Below, in pieces: positions 1 to 10,269 of a DNA stretch of 64,000 nucleotides (within the stretch, counting starts at the first letter, position 1; each line of letters opens with the position of its first letter). Below the pieces are notes generated by a model, which was not told the origin of the DNA, did not search any database, and saw nothing but the letters and a program-made list of their open reading frames with translations. The stretch spans positions 2,176,001 to 2,240,000 of the forward strand of contig OY762721.1 in the NCBI GenBank assembly GCA_963666345.1, written 5' to 3'. The position numbers were made by a program, and so were the translations under genes. This DNA is from Desulfatiglandales bacterium. Lineage in GTDB: Bacteria > Desulfobacterota > DSM-4660 > Desulfatiglandales > Desulfatiglandaceae.

Positions 1-256
1 GTCTATTTGAGCATATATACTTGGGTTATTTTGTCCGGGTCAAAAAAATCGAATTCGCCCTAATGGATCGCGTGGTGCCTTTGCAACTTGTTTTTATGAT
101 ATCAGATAGTGCCCGTCCAGAAATTGCTCACTTCTGGATACTGATTTCAGCCGTCAGCTAAAAGCAAGCGGCAAAGAAGTTGATATTCCGATTTTTTGGT
201 GACAGCTGATTGCTAACTAAGACCTTTAAATTGGGTATTTGGTTTTGGCCTGTACC

Positions 257-724
257 CTATAGCTTTTCCATTGCGCCATATACTGAACGCATTCTTTCCC
301 TGAGAATTTTGCAGATCCTTTCCATGATGTAAAACCCGAGGTCACTGTTTAGCGTCATTATTTTCCTAAGCCTTGACCCCTCTATTTTAAGCATACTGGA
401 GGCCTTATGGCACGTTGCGGAAGACATGAGATTATGGGGCTCATCAAGCAGGGTAGACCAGCAACCAAAAACCCTGCCTTTACCCAGTATGGCCGTAACC
501 ACCTTTGCCTTGCGTGCGCCCAGATCCATGGATCTTTCAAGGAAAACACTTCCCCCGGCTATTATATAGAGATTTTCTCCATAATCACCCTGGTTGAATA
601 TCTGTTCTCCTGCCTTGTAACTTTCGGCGTTGCATAGGGCTGATATCTTTTCGATAAAAGCCATTTCAATGCCGCTGAAAAGCTCGCAATTTACCAAGAC
701 CTTGAAAAGTTCGGCATTGTCCAT
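257..724 (-). CDS. Cyclic nucleotide-binding (Crp-type cNMP) domain protein, no HTH
   Basis: IFNQGDYGENLYIIAGGSV and GRVFG cNMP-fold pattern. Start moved to ATG 724, which has AAGGAG upstream (ORF track start 811). Confidence 0.85.
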   Translation of the reverse strand: MDNAELFKVLVNCELFSGIEMAFIEKISALCNAESYKAGEQIFNQGDYGENLYIIAGGSVFLERSMDLGARKAKVVTAILGKGRVFGCWSTLLDEPHNLMSSATCHKASSMLKIEGSRLRKIMTLNSDLGFYIMERICKILRERMRSVYGAMEKL

Positions 725-930
725 GGGAATTTCTCCTTTTGATGGAAGGCTGCCGGTCTTCGCAGGCCCGGAGCGGTCCGGTATTAACCATGGTTTTTTG
801 TTTTTCTCCAATTTAGACTTTAGGAACGGCTCCCAAAGGACTCTCCCCCAGTCTCACAACCTCTCAGCTTCACTTGATCCACCGACTTTATCAGTCCAAA
901 TTCAACTAACCCTGCAGTATTTTTATCCTG

Positions 931-959
931 AGCCTAAAAAAAGCCCATCTTAAAGTCAA
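931..959 (-). promoter_or_regulatory. Sigma70-type promoter for the cNMP gene
   Basis: TTGACT-17 bp-TAGGCT on the minus strand. Confidence 0.5.
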
Positions 960-1043
960 GTAATGCCTGAATATAGAAGTTTATATAAATAAGGATAAAA
1001 TAAAACAGGCCGTATTGATGTCAAAAGGACCAAAAAGGCCCGA

Positions 1044-3953
1044 CTACAATATCTTTATCACCCTCAGATCCGGCATTTCTCCTCTCAGTCTCTCTATAGC
1101 GGCAGGTGAACCAAGGATCTTGATTATGAATTCGTGCTTCAATTTATTCAAAAGGCTTCCAAAATGAATGAAATGATCTTTTCCGGTCTCAAATATCTGG
1201 TCACGCATCTGTTGGCGGCCTTTTTCATCGTCATCCGTCAGATACCTGAGCATGGATATGAATCCCTTGGCATCTGGGAGCATATGTCTGTCAAGATCAC
1301 CTATAGCTCCTATGATCGCCTTGGTAATTTCCGCATCATTGAGGTTGCTTTCCAGCAGGAATCTTCCTGCACGGTCAAAGACATCAATCGTGCCTGTGAG
1401 GTTGGGATCTCTATAGGAGACAAGGCTCAACAGGCCGGACAAACGCTCAAAAAGGCAAAACGCACCATAGGCCCCGCCCTGCACGCGGACCTGGTCCCAC
1501 AGAAAGGTGTTTCTCAGGTACCTGGATATGACCTGAGCTGAGCCATGATATTCATAGCCGTTTGAATAAAGATCCCCCCCCTTTCCCACATAGTTTACCT
1601 TTGATGGAATGCTCATTGCTTCAAGAAAGGGAAGTTTTTCCCTTGTCCATGAAACTTTTTCAATATCTTGCTCGGGCAGGGACTCCTGAAGTTTTTTTAT
1701 TGGTAAATCGAGCCTTTTAATGCCTTTTTCGTCTAAGGTTAGGTTGATAATGGCATTGCGACTGTTTACAAGCTTTCCATGTATAGACTCAAGGGTCTGT
1801 AACACCTTGGGCCAGTCCTTTTCAACATCCTCCCCCAGTTTTCTGAGGAAGAAAAGATAGCTTATTCCGCCCACCATTTCGGAGACCCAGTGTGCCTCAC
1901 CGAAATTGGCCATCAGCCTTGTATTTACAATGAGATGGCCCTGAGGGATCAATTTCTGTTCCCTCCTCGCCTTTTCCTCCAATACCATCTGGTGAAATCT
2001 CTTTCTGTTGTCCAGGCGAATATCGCATAGGACCTCCGAAAAAAGGCCGGTCAACTCCTCTGCCTGATTCACCATTGCCTTTCCACGCAGGAAAAGCCAG
2101 GAAGAGCTTTCCTTTTTTCCCTTTAATGGAGATGTGAATATCTGATGCCATATCCCGCCGGTTTTACGGCTTATCCTTTTGGATAAACTTACAAAATCCT
2201 CTTTCCGTGTCCCCATTTCGGTCAAGGCACGCCCGAAAAGAGGCATGTAGGAGAGTTCTGCTGCAGAGATCGCATGAAGATCAAAACCGATATCGAGATG
2301 GGCGATACCGCTTGTGAAGATGTCATGGGTCAGGACCTTTGTTCCTCCGGCGCTCGAGATGCAAAAGGGAATCTGTTTGTTTCTTCTTTCAAGGTCGGTC
2401 TTTTTGAGACAGGGTACAGTGGCAAGTGCTTCAGGAGTATCGGGTGTTCCCTGGATTTTTTTCAGGTACAAGGTGCTATCGATTACTTTTCTTTTCTCCT
2501 CTTTATTCATGGAAGAGAGCCTTTTTGAAAGGATGTCTCGTTCTTCACTTTCTTCCCTTCTTTCTAATTCAGGATCGGGTCTCAGGACCAGGGTCGTCCT
2601 GTGGGGGTTATCAAGTAAATTGACCCGTATTAGATCTTCAAAGTAGTTCTTGTTGTCTTCAAGATGATTTTTTATAATTTTAAAGGATTTTTCGAAGCTG
2701 AGAAGGACAAGGGGATCTCCGCCGTAAAGCCATGTAGTCAGTGCCCTGAGCATCAATAAAAGACCCTTGGGAAATGAACCTGCATTGTTCTCTCTCAGCC
2801 GGAATTCCACAGTGTTAATGGCAGCTTCCACCGTCTTTTCATCTATTCCCTTTTGAACCATGCCTTGAAGTGTCTCAAGCACAAGGGCTTCTATCTTTTC
2901 CGAATTTTCGATATCTATACCCTTGAGTCCGGTGGAAAGATACATCTGTCGCAACTCCGCTCCCAGTCCTTCTCCTGCGATATCTTCCCCGAGACCTGAG
3001 TCGATAAGGGCCTTTCTCAAAGGTGATGCGGGCATTCCAAGAAGGATGTATTCCAGAATGTGCATTGAAAAGTTTTGTACCGCGTCAACTGATTCAGGTA
3101 GCAGCCAATTGAGCGTAATCATGCCCTTAGAATCGGAACCCTCCCCCTGTCCGGCGATATAAGAACGCGTAACGTGCCTGGGTTTTGAAAGATAAGGCTG
3201 AAGGGCGATAGAGGAGTCCGCAGGGTCATGCTCGAAGTTTCCTATATATCCGTCGATCATGCGGAGTCGTTCATCAGGAGGATCATCACCGTAAAAGAAA
3301 AAACGGCAGTTTGACGGGTGGTAGTATTTTTTGTGAAATTCCAGGAAACTGTCATAGTCCAGATCCGGGATGTCTCTGGGATGACCACCGGAATCAAGAC
3401 AATAGGGAGTGTCAGGAAAAACGGACTGGACAGAGTATTCGGACAGGAGGTTTTCAGGAGCTGAATATGCGCCTTTCATCTCATTAAATACAACTCCCTT
3501 GAGACCCATAGGCCCCTCCGGATTTTCCAGTTCCATGTGCCAGCCCTCCTGCTGGAAGATCTCAGGGGTAAGGCGGGGATAAAAGACCGCGTCAAGATAT
3601 ACGTCAACCAGGTTGTAGAAATCCTCTCTGTTCTGACTTGCCACCGGGTAGCATGTTTTGTCAGGATAGGTGAAGGCATTCAAAAAGGTCTGAAGGGATC
3701 CTTTTAAAAGCTCCACAAACGGCTCTTTAACCGGATACTTCCTGGAGCCGCAAAGCACGGAGTGCTCAAGTATGTGGGCTACGCCGGTTGAATCCTTAGG
3801 GGGTGTTCGAAATGCCGCACCGAACACCTTGTTTTCATCACTTCCTTCAAGAGAGAGGAGTTCAGCCGCGGTCTTTTCATGGCGAAAAAGCCTTGCAACA
3901 GTCTTTATTTCTTGAATATATTCTTTCTTGATCAGTTTGAAACCATGTTTCAC
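1044..3953 (-). CDS. M16C insulinase-family metallopeptidase (PreP/presequence protease type)
   Basis: Inverted zincin HILEH in TGVAHILEHSVLCGS, FLNAFTYPDKTCYP, RVQGGAYG; 969 aa. Confidence 0.93.
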   Translation of the reverse strand: MKHGFKLIKKEYIQEIKTVARLFRHEKTAAELLSLEGSDENKVFGAAFRTPPKDSTGVAHILEHSVLCGSRKYPVKEPFVELLKGSLQTFLNAFTYPDKTCYPVASQNREDFYNLVDVYLDAVFYPRLTPEIFQQEGWHMELENPEGPMGLKGVVFNEMKGAYSAPENLLSEYSVQSVFPDTPYCLDSGGHPRDIPDLDYDSFLEFHKKYYHPSNCRFFFYGDDPPDERLRMIDGYIGNFEHDPADSSIALQPYLSKPRHVTRSYIAGQGEGSDSKGMITLNWLLPESVDAVQNFSMHILEYILLGMPASPLRKALIDSGLGEDIAGEGLGAELRQMYLSTGLKGIDIENSEKIEALVLETLQGMVQKGIDEKTVEAAINTVEFRLRENNAGSFPKGLLLMLRALTTWLYGGDPLVLLSFEKSFKIIKNHLEDNKNYFEDLIRVNLLDNPHRTTLVLRPDPELERREESEERDILSKRLSSMNKEEKRKVIDSTLYLKKIQGTPDTPEALATVPCLKKTDLERRNKQIPFCISSAGGTKVLTHDIFTSGIAHLDIGFDLHAISAAELSYMPLFGRALTEMGTRKEDFVSLSKRISRKTGGIWHQIFTSPLKGKKESSSWLFLRGKAMVNQAEELTGLFSEVLCDIRLDNRKRFHQMVLEEKARREQKLIPQGHLIVNTRLMANFGEAHWVSEMVGGISYLFFLRKLGEDVEKDWPKVLQTLESIHGKLVNSRNAIINLTLDEKGIKRLDLPIKKLQESLPEQDIEKVSWTREKLPFLEAMSIPSKVNYVGKGGDLYSNGYEYHGSAQVISRYLRNTFLWDQVRVQGGAYGAFCLFERLSGLLSLVSYRDPNLTGTIDVFDRAGRFLLESNLNDAEITKAIIGAIGDLDRHMLPDAKGFISMLRYLTDDDEKGRQQMRDQIFETGKDHFIHFGSLLNKLKHEFIIKILGSPAAIERLRGEMPDLRVIKIL

Positions 3954-4195
3954 GGTTACTGCTCCTTTTTAAAGAGATAAAAGTTAAGGACATCTAATAG
4001 CGTAATATATTAACGTGTAAATATCGTCAAGTGCTATGCCCCAACGTTCCGTTGCGGTACACGCGCCCGGGGGCCCGTATGAACCAATGCAGGTCTGGGA
4101 CAAAAAGATTCATCCAGTAAAAGTGTAAGTTAACGTTGCAAAGCCTGTGATCTTTTGATGCAATATAAAAAAATGGTAGTTATGATAAGGTTTGG

Positions 4196-4243
4196 ATACA
4201 TACAGTAGTGGTTTGATTTTTCTTGACATACTATATGTAGTAT
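4196..4243 (+). promoter_or_regulatory. Tandem NrdR boxes overlapping a TTGACA -35
   Basis: ATACTATATGTAGTAT (4228-4243) closely matches the NrdR consensus acaCwAtATaTwGtgt. A degenerate box lies at 4196-4211, 32 bp upstream. TTGACA at 4223-4228. Directly upstream of an RNR gene. Confidence 0.8.
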
Positions 4244-4369
4244 TTAAAAATTTATTTTTCAGGCCTTTCACAGAGACATGGCTTCCGTAACAGGGTTCAA
4301 GGGTAATCCGGAAAAAACGGCATAAGGTCGCTTCATTTTCATCAAATATTATAGCTCAGGAGTAATCTA

Positions 4370-6865
4370 ATGGGTCAACAGAGCAAAATCCTTGTTACGG
4401 AAGAAGGTGTCTTTGATCTTGAATCATACAGATGGGATGATGACCGTTTCTCTGATCTGTTGGTTAAGGATAACGCCATTGATTCAAATAAGGCTATGGA
4501 TATAAGCAGGTTTGTGCGTAGCGAGATCGCCAAGATGGGTCTTCATACCATAACCATCCCTGTGCTGGAGAAGATCATCGATGCCAAACTTCTGGAATAC
4601 GGGCTTTCCAAGGCCTCTCCGGTCAGGCTGGACCGCTCAATTTTTATAAAAAGAGGTATCGCACTTTCAGAAAACGCCAGTAGGGTTCTCGCCAGGAGAT
4701 ATCTCAAGAAGAATAACGACGGAAAGGTCATCGAGACTCCGGAACAGATGTTCAGACGGGTCGCCGGAGCTATTGCGACTTCCGAGAAGAAATACGGGGA
4801 TGAAACGCATGTGGCGAAGATGGAGGAAATCTTCTACAACCTTATGACTGAACTGAAGTTTCTTCCCAACTCCCCCACCCTGATGAACGCCGGAAGAAGG
4901 CTTGGACAGCTGGCAGCCTGCTTTGTCCTGCCTGTTGAAGACAGCATGGAAGGAATCTTCGACGCCCTGAAAAACGCCGCACTCATACACAAATCAGGTG
5001 GGGGAACCGGCTTTTCCTTTTCCCGCCTTAGGCCCAAAAAGAGCAGGGTCGGCACCACAGGAGGTGTCGCCTCCGGTCCGGTTTCCTTCATGAGGATATT
5101 TAATACCGCCACCGAGCAGGTAAAACAGGGTGGAACCAGACGCGGTGCCAACATGGGTATCTTAAGGGTCGATCACCCTGATGTCAGGGAGTTCATCTTT
5201 TGCAAGAAGAATGATCATGAACTGAATAATTTTAATATTTCGGTTGCGGTAACCGATGAATTCATGGACAGGGTTTACCGTGGAGAAGACTACGACCTCA
5301 TAGACCCGAGGGACAATGAAAAGACCGGGGCGATAAACGCATCCGAGGTCTACGAGGCTCTTGTCAAGCAAGCGTGGGAAAACGGGGATCCTGGGATCAT
5401 ATTCCTGGACCGAATAAACAGGGACAATCCAACCCCCTTGCTGGGAGAGATCGAGAGCACAAATCCATGCGGGGAACAGCCCCTGCTACCCCTTGAGGCA
5501 TGCAATCTTGGGTCGATAAATCTCGCCAAGTTTGTCGTAAAAGGGGACGGGGTGCCGCAGGTCGATTTTGAATCCCTCAAAGAGGCCGTCTGGTGGTCGG
5601 TGCGGTTTCTGGATGATACCATTGATGTGTCCAGATATCCTCTTAATCAGATAGATGAAATGGTCAAGGGAAACAGAAAGATCGGCCTGGGTGTCATGGG
5701 CTTTGCGGATATGCTCTACCAGCTGGGGATCCCATACAGCAGCGAGCAGGCTCTTGAAAAGGCCGAGGAGATCATGGAATTCATCCGTGTTGAATCGCTT
5801 GAGGCATCCAGAAATCTTGGTGAAGAAAGAGGCCCCTTTCCCAATATTGAAAAAAGTGTCTATGCCGGCGATGACGCGTGCCGGTATCGAAACGCCACAA
5901 CAACCACTATAGCCCCTACCGGAACTCTCAGTATCATTGCCGGCTGTTCAAGCGGAATTGAGCCTCTTTTCGCACTCAGTTTCGTAAGGCGCGTAATGGA
6001 TAACGACGAACTGCTGGAGGTAAACCCATATTTTGAGTCTGTGGCAAGACAGAGGGGCTTTTACAGTGAGCCGCTTATGGACAGGATAGCCGTCAAGGGC
6101 ACCATCACGGATATGGAGGAGATCCCTGAGGATGTGAGAGCCGTATTCCAGACCGCTCACGACATAAGTCCTGAGTGGCATATCCGCATGCAGAGCGCCT
6201 TTCAGAAACACACCGACAACGCGGTCTCAAAAACGGTCAATCTTCCTCGGGATGCCTCCATAGAAGATGTCCGCAAGGTCTATGACCTTGCCTACAAGCT
6301 GGAATGTAAGGGCGTAACCATATATCGTGACGGAAGCAAGGAGAAACAGGTGCTTTCCTGTTCAGGTGAGGCCTCAAGGGATGAGACGTTCATGGGCGCC
6401 GTAAAGGAGAGGCCTGAGACCCTTGAGGGTTTTACCACCAAAATGGTGACAGGTCTCGGTACCCTTTATGTCACTATTACCGAGTATAAGGGCAGACCTT
6501 TCGAGGTCTTTGCCACCATAGGCAAATCGGGTGGATCAACCACTGCAAAGACGGAAGCGATAGGGCGATTGGTATCTCTGGCTCTTAGATCTGGGGTCGA
6601 GGTAGGCAAGATAGTTGATCAGCTGAAGGGTATCGGAGGAGAGCATCCTGTCTTCCAGAAAGACGGATTGGTTCTCTCTATTCCCGATGCCATAAGCAGG
6701 ATATTGGAAAAACGCTACCTGGATGCGGGTGCCCCGCGTCATGGTCAGAGAGGGAGGCACGGTCATGGCCTGTTGGGCGAATTGTGCCCGGAGTGCGGAC
6801 AGACGATCAGTTTTGAAGAGGGGTGCATGACTTGCCATTTCTGCGGTTTTTCAAAGTGCGGTTAG
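4370..6865 (+). CDS. nrdJ: Class II (adenosylcobalamin-dependent) ribonucleotide reductase with N-terminal ATP-cone-like region and C-terminal TSCPD/Zn-ribbon
   Basis: PNSPTLMNAG, QGGTRRGANM, TNPCGEQ, TIAPTGT, DNAVSKTVN, C-terminal CPECG...EEGCMTCHFCGFSKC. Confidence 0.95.
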   Translation: MGQQSKILVTEEGVFDLESYRWDDDRFSDLLVKDNAIDSNKAMDISRFVRSEIAKMGLHTITIPVLEKIIDAKLLEYGLSKASPVRLDRSIFIKRGIALSENASRVLARRYLKKNNDGKVIETPEQMFRRVAGAIATSEKKYGDETHVAKMEEIFYNLMTELKFLPNSPTLMNAGRRLGQLAACFVLPVEDSMEGIFDALKNAALIHKSGGGTGFSFSRLRPKKSRVGTTGGVASGPVSFMRIFNTATEQVKQGGTRRGANMGILRVDHPDVREFIFCKKNDHELNNFNISVAVTDEFMDRVYRGEDYDLIDPRDNEKTGAINASEVYEALVKQAWENGDPGIIFLDRINRDNPTPLLGEIESTNPCGEQPLLPLEACNLGSINLAKFVVKGDGVPQVDFESLKEAVWWSVRFLDDTIDVSRYPLNQIDEMVKGNRKIGLGVMGFADMLYQLGIPYSSEQALEKAEEIMEFIRVESLEASRNLGEERGPFPNIEKSVYAGDDACRYRNATTTTIAPTGTLSIIAGCSSGIEPLFALSFVRRVMDNDELLEVNPYFESVARQRGFYSEPLMDRIAVKGTITDMEEIPEDVRAVFQTAHDISPEWHIRMQSAFQKHTDNAVSKTVNLPRDASIEDVRKVYDLAYKLECKGVTIYRDGSKEKQVLSCSGEASRDETFMGAVKERPETLEGFTTKMVTGLGTLYVTITEYKGRPFEVFATIGKSGGSTTAKTEAIGRLVSLALRSGVEVGKIVDQLKGIGGEHPVFQKDGLVLSIPDAISRILEKRYLDAGAPRHGQRGRHGHGLLGELCPECGQTISFEEGCMTCHFCGFSKCG

Positions 6866-6892
6866 AAAAAGAAGTTGATAAGACCCCGTTAT

Positions 6893-8608
6893 TTAAAGGG
6901 CATCGAAATCAGCAAGGTAATGTCCAAAAAAACGGGGATTGAGCGGAGTAAAACGGTCTACCACGGTCATCATTTCCAGGCCCGGCACTATCGTCCTTGT
7001 AACCGGGATCTCAAGTTCTTCCCTGGTAAGATCGACATAGATCGGATTGTAACCGTTTTTTGTCAATAAATCCTCTATGAGCCGGAGATCCCGTTCCGGG
7101 CTGCCTGAGGAATAATTCGGCAGTTCTTCAAAACGGAGTTTTTTCATGCCTTTCGGGGACGGCATCGATCCGAACCAGTAGGGATAGGGATAAGGGATTT
7201 CCGTCATAGCCGAAAATATGGCGCTTCTGCCGTCAAGGCTTGCCCCGGTTCCCTTTAATATCATGCCGTTTGGCCCCCTGATAAAGGCCTTGTAGCAGGG
7301 GATTCCAAATTCGGTGGTTATGTCCAGAAACTGGATGAAAATGCCCTTGTCTTCACATCTTTCAAGTATATCGTTTATGATTCGGTCTTCAGATTCCAGC
7401 AAAAATGAGCGTTTTTCAGAGTAGGAGATTATCTTTTCCGCATCCCTTTCAAGTACCTCCAGAATGGCCGCCAGTCTGGCGCTATCCCTTGTTACACCGG
7501 CTGCCAGTCCGTTGGAAGGCAAACCGCTGGTAAGGCCCGGTTCGTCAAGGTTGGGGAATAGAAATACTATCTGTGCAGGCACATACACGCTGCCTATTCC
7601 ATCTTGACCGACCCTCTCACCCATTACCCAGTAGATTTCCTGGTCCCGGAAGGGTGTTTCAAGACAGAGATCCGCCGGGTTAAGGACGCGCATATCCGCC
7701 TTTAAAAGGTCCGTATATCTCCCCTTTAGGATATCCAGGTTCCCGCAGTAATTTACTGCCCTTTCCTGATCAAAGCCGGCGAATGAAGAATAACGCTCCA
7801 CCGCCTCCATCAGGCAGGATATCTTTGCCTGGCCGATCTTATTTCCCCTTCCATAACTGATCTGGCTGCCCGTCAATCGGAAGATATTCCTGCCGGTCTC
7901 AACGGTAACATCCAGTTTCCATGGTCTTTCAACCGCATATGGACTGAGAGTGGCATCCGGCCTGGTCTCCCAACCTTCCAGAATTCCCACCAGTTCAAGG
8001 CTTTTTGTAAGGCCTTTTATTTCAGCCTTATCAGGTACATCTTTCAAATATGACCCTGTATTTGCATCAGAAGACCTGAGACTGCTTATTGAGACGGTAT
8101 TTTTCCCCCATTCATTCAGCTTTTCAGGGTCAAAGGGAAGCGGCTCTTCAGCCTGATCAGGAGGTGGCATAATGTCCAGTCGGTTCTTATTCCTGGCAAA
8201 ATTCCTGAGCCAGTATAGATTAGCCTTTTTATCCTTCCTCAAATGCCAGGGAATGTATATGAGAGGACTCTGCTCGGCCAGTTCATCCCGGTCATAAGAC
8301 TCAAAGGATCCAAGGAATTGCTCGAATTTTGGGTATACAATGGAAGCCTCATACAAAAGAGAGAGTAGAGGTAGGTCCCTTTCTTTTCCTGCCTGATGAA
8401 ACAGCGATTCAATTTCGGGCGGTTCAAGCTCAGCTGTCATCTTGAGAAAATAGGCACGCATGAAAAGGTCATTAGGGCGGTCACGGCAGATCTTGAGGGC
8501 GCTGTTAAATGGAGGCCTGCTTTTAGGGACGCATTCGTAGATTCCCACGCCGCCGGCAACGCCTGAAGGCGTCATCTCATATCCTACGAGCTGTGGAGTC
8601 TTTTCCAA
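6893..8608 (-). CDS. YcaO-family protein with an N-terminal extension of unknown function
   Basis: SCLMEAVERYS, SNGLAAG, AILEVLERDA, DITTEFGIP, SAMTE, VDLT..VPGLE; TTG start with AAGGAGG upstream. Confidence 0.85.
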   Translation of the reverse strand: MEKTPQLVGYEMTPSGVAGGVGIYECVPKSRPPFNSALKICRDRPNDLFMRAYFLKMTAELEPPEIESLFHQAGKERDLPLLSLLYEASIVYPKFEQFLGSFESYDRDELAEQSPLIYIPWHLRKDKKANLYWLRNFARNKNRLDIMPPPDQAEEPLPFDPEKLNEWGKNTVSISSLRSSDANTGSYLKDVPDKAEIKGLTKSLELVGILEGWETRPDATLSPYAVERPWKLDVTVETGRNIFRLTGSQISYGRGNKIGQAKISCLMEAVERYSSFAGFDQERAVNYCGNLDILKGRYTDLLKADMRVLNPADLCLETPFRDQEIYWVMGERVGQDGIGSVYVPAQIVFLFPNLDEPGLTSGLPSNGLAAGVTRDSARLAAILEVLERDAEKIISYSEKRSFLLESEDRIINDILERCEDKGIFIQFLDITTEFGIPCYKAFIRGPNGMILKGTGASLDGRSAIFSAMTEIPYPYPYWFGSMPSPKGMKKLRFEELPNYSSGSPERDLRLIEDLLTKNGYNPIYVDLTREELEIPVTRTIVPGLEMMTVVDRFTPLNPRFFGHYLADFDAL

Positions 8609-8735
8609 GTGCCTCCTTCAGGTGAAAAAATTGTAAGGTCTTTTGTCGTCGTCAGGTTGAATCGGAAAATGCTTCAATGATTCAAAAAAATCTTTCAGCC
8701 TTGGCCCGGCCCATAAAATATTTTGTCCAGGCGCT

Positions 8736-10043
8736 TTATGCCTGTTCATAGACGCCTCTTATCCTGTCCTGCAGATAAATATGGTCGAAGGATTTTTTTG
8801 TCGCTTCATTGAACCAGGAAAGGCCGATATCCCGGCATCTTGTGCAGGCATCCGAGGGTATTCGCAGCGCCAGTATATGCTGCCCCAGACTGGAGACGGA
8901 TTCTATCGACAGGGTTCCGGAGCAGTCTTTGCAGTATATTATCTTTTCGCGCTGCTTTTCCTGAATCCCGTCGGTGTCATAAAATATGTTCCTCTGCCGC
9001 TCAACTATTTCACCATGCCTGTAATCTGTTTTTTTCAGGCCGCCACCAAGAAAAAGGCCTTTCAGTTCCGTAATCAGCTGTTCAATCCGCCAGGTTACAT
9101 CGGTTGATTGAGGTTCATAGTCTCTGTCATAGTTCGGTTCTTTCACATAAGCCGTATCCATTCCCGCCATTGCCATTATTATGCCGATATTTACATAAGG
9201 AAGGGCGTTTTCAACCGCATAACCTCCTTCAAGGACGGCTATGTGGGGCCTGAGTCTTTCGGTAAGCAGTGCATACCCGCGGGCTGAAAAATTCATGTTC
9301 GTGATCGGGTCGTTGAAGTGATTGTCCTGCCCGGCCGAGTTTATTATGATATCGGGGTTGAATTTTTCCAGAAGCGGCATGACAAATTCATCAAGGGTGA
9401 AGAGGAAGCCCTCTTCTCCGGTCCTGGGGGGAAGAGGGATATTAACCGTAGAGCCTTGAGCATTAGGCCCGCCCGACTCATGGGGAAAGCCGGAACCGGG
9501 ATACAGGGTCCGGCCATCCTGATGAATGGATATAAACAGGGTGTGGGGGTCATGCCAGAATATGTCTTGTGAGCCGTCTCCATGATGGCAGTCGGTATCA
9601 ACAATGGCGATTTTTTTAACCCCGTATTTTTCACGAAGATATTCAACCATTATCGCCTCATTATTGATATTGCAGAATCCCCGGTTTCCATGAACCACTC
9701 TCATGGAATGATGGCCGGGAGGACGCACCAGGGCGAAGGCGTTTTCAACCTCCCCCTTCATTACCGCGTCGGCGGCGACCAGGCAGCCTCCTGCCGATAT
9801 CAGGTGGCTTTCGGTAGTTACCGACTTTTCATCCGGAACACAGAAGTGGACCCTCCTTATATCTTCATAGTCGGCAGGCCTTACCTTGTACTCAACGATT
9901 CCATCCACATCCATCAATCCCTCTTCCATTACTTGATCCTGGGTGTATAGGAGCCTTTCTTCGCGCTCAGGATGGGTGGGGCTTATAGCCCAATCAAAGG
10001 CGGGAAAAAAGACCAGCCCGGTAGTACGGGAAGCTTTCAGCAT
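8736..10043 (-). CDS. Histone deacetylase-family (Zn-dependent amidohydrolase) protein with Cys-rich C-terminal extension
   Basis: HPEREERL, RPPGHH, GFC, DTDCHHGDGSQ, SAGQD, VLEGGY; C-terminal CKDC and CTRC. Confidence 0.92.
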   Translation of the reverse strand: MLKASRTTGLVFFPAFDWAISPTHPEREERLLYTQDQVMEEGLMDVDGIVEYKVRPADYEDIRRVHFCVPDEKSVTTESHLISAGGCLVAADAVMKGEVENAFALVRPPGHHSMRVVHGNRGFCNINNEAIMVEYLREKYGVKKIAIVDTDCHHGDGSQDIFWHDPHTLFISIHQDGRTLYPGSGFPHESGGPNAQGSTVNIPLPPRTGEEGFLFTLDEFVMPLLEKFNPDIIINSAGQDNHFNDPITNMNFSARGYALLTERLRPHIAVLEGGYAVENALPYVNIGIIMAMAGMDTAYVKEPNYDRDYEPQSTDVTWRIEQLITELKGLFLGGGLKKTDYRHGEIVERQRNIFYDTDGIQEKQREKIIYCKDCSGTLSIESVSSLGQHILALRIPSDACTRCRDIGLSWFNEATKKSFDHIYLQDRIRGVYEQA

Positions 10044-10269
10044 ATCATTGCCCTCGAAGTCGTTTTTTGGTAAAAATGTTCCTGTATTTGAGCATTTCAG
10101 ATTATAAATCCCTGTCGAGAAAACTTATCTTTCAAGCGTTTTATAAAAACTGATTACTGAAAGAACCGGGATAAGAGGCTGAAATTAAAGAACAGGTCCC
10201 CTGTTTTCAAGTTGGCGGGATTTTCAGCCGCTCTTATGCGCAGCAAAAGGTCCTGTGGGACGGGATTGT

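Noticed and set aside
111..220. TCCAGAA/TTCTGGA hairpin and short TCAGC/GCTGA units near the window start
   Set aside because: REP-like in appearance but short, degenerate and without a clear second copy here.
4250..4369. Cobalamin or other riboswitch before nrdJ
   Set aside because: No B12-box or GGGAA core recognised; NrdR boxes already explain regulation.
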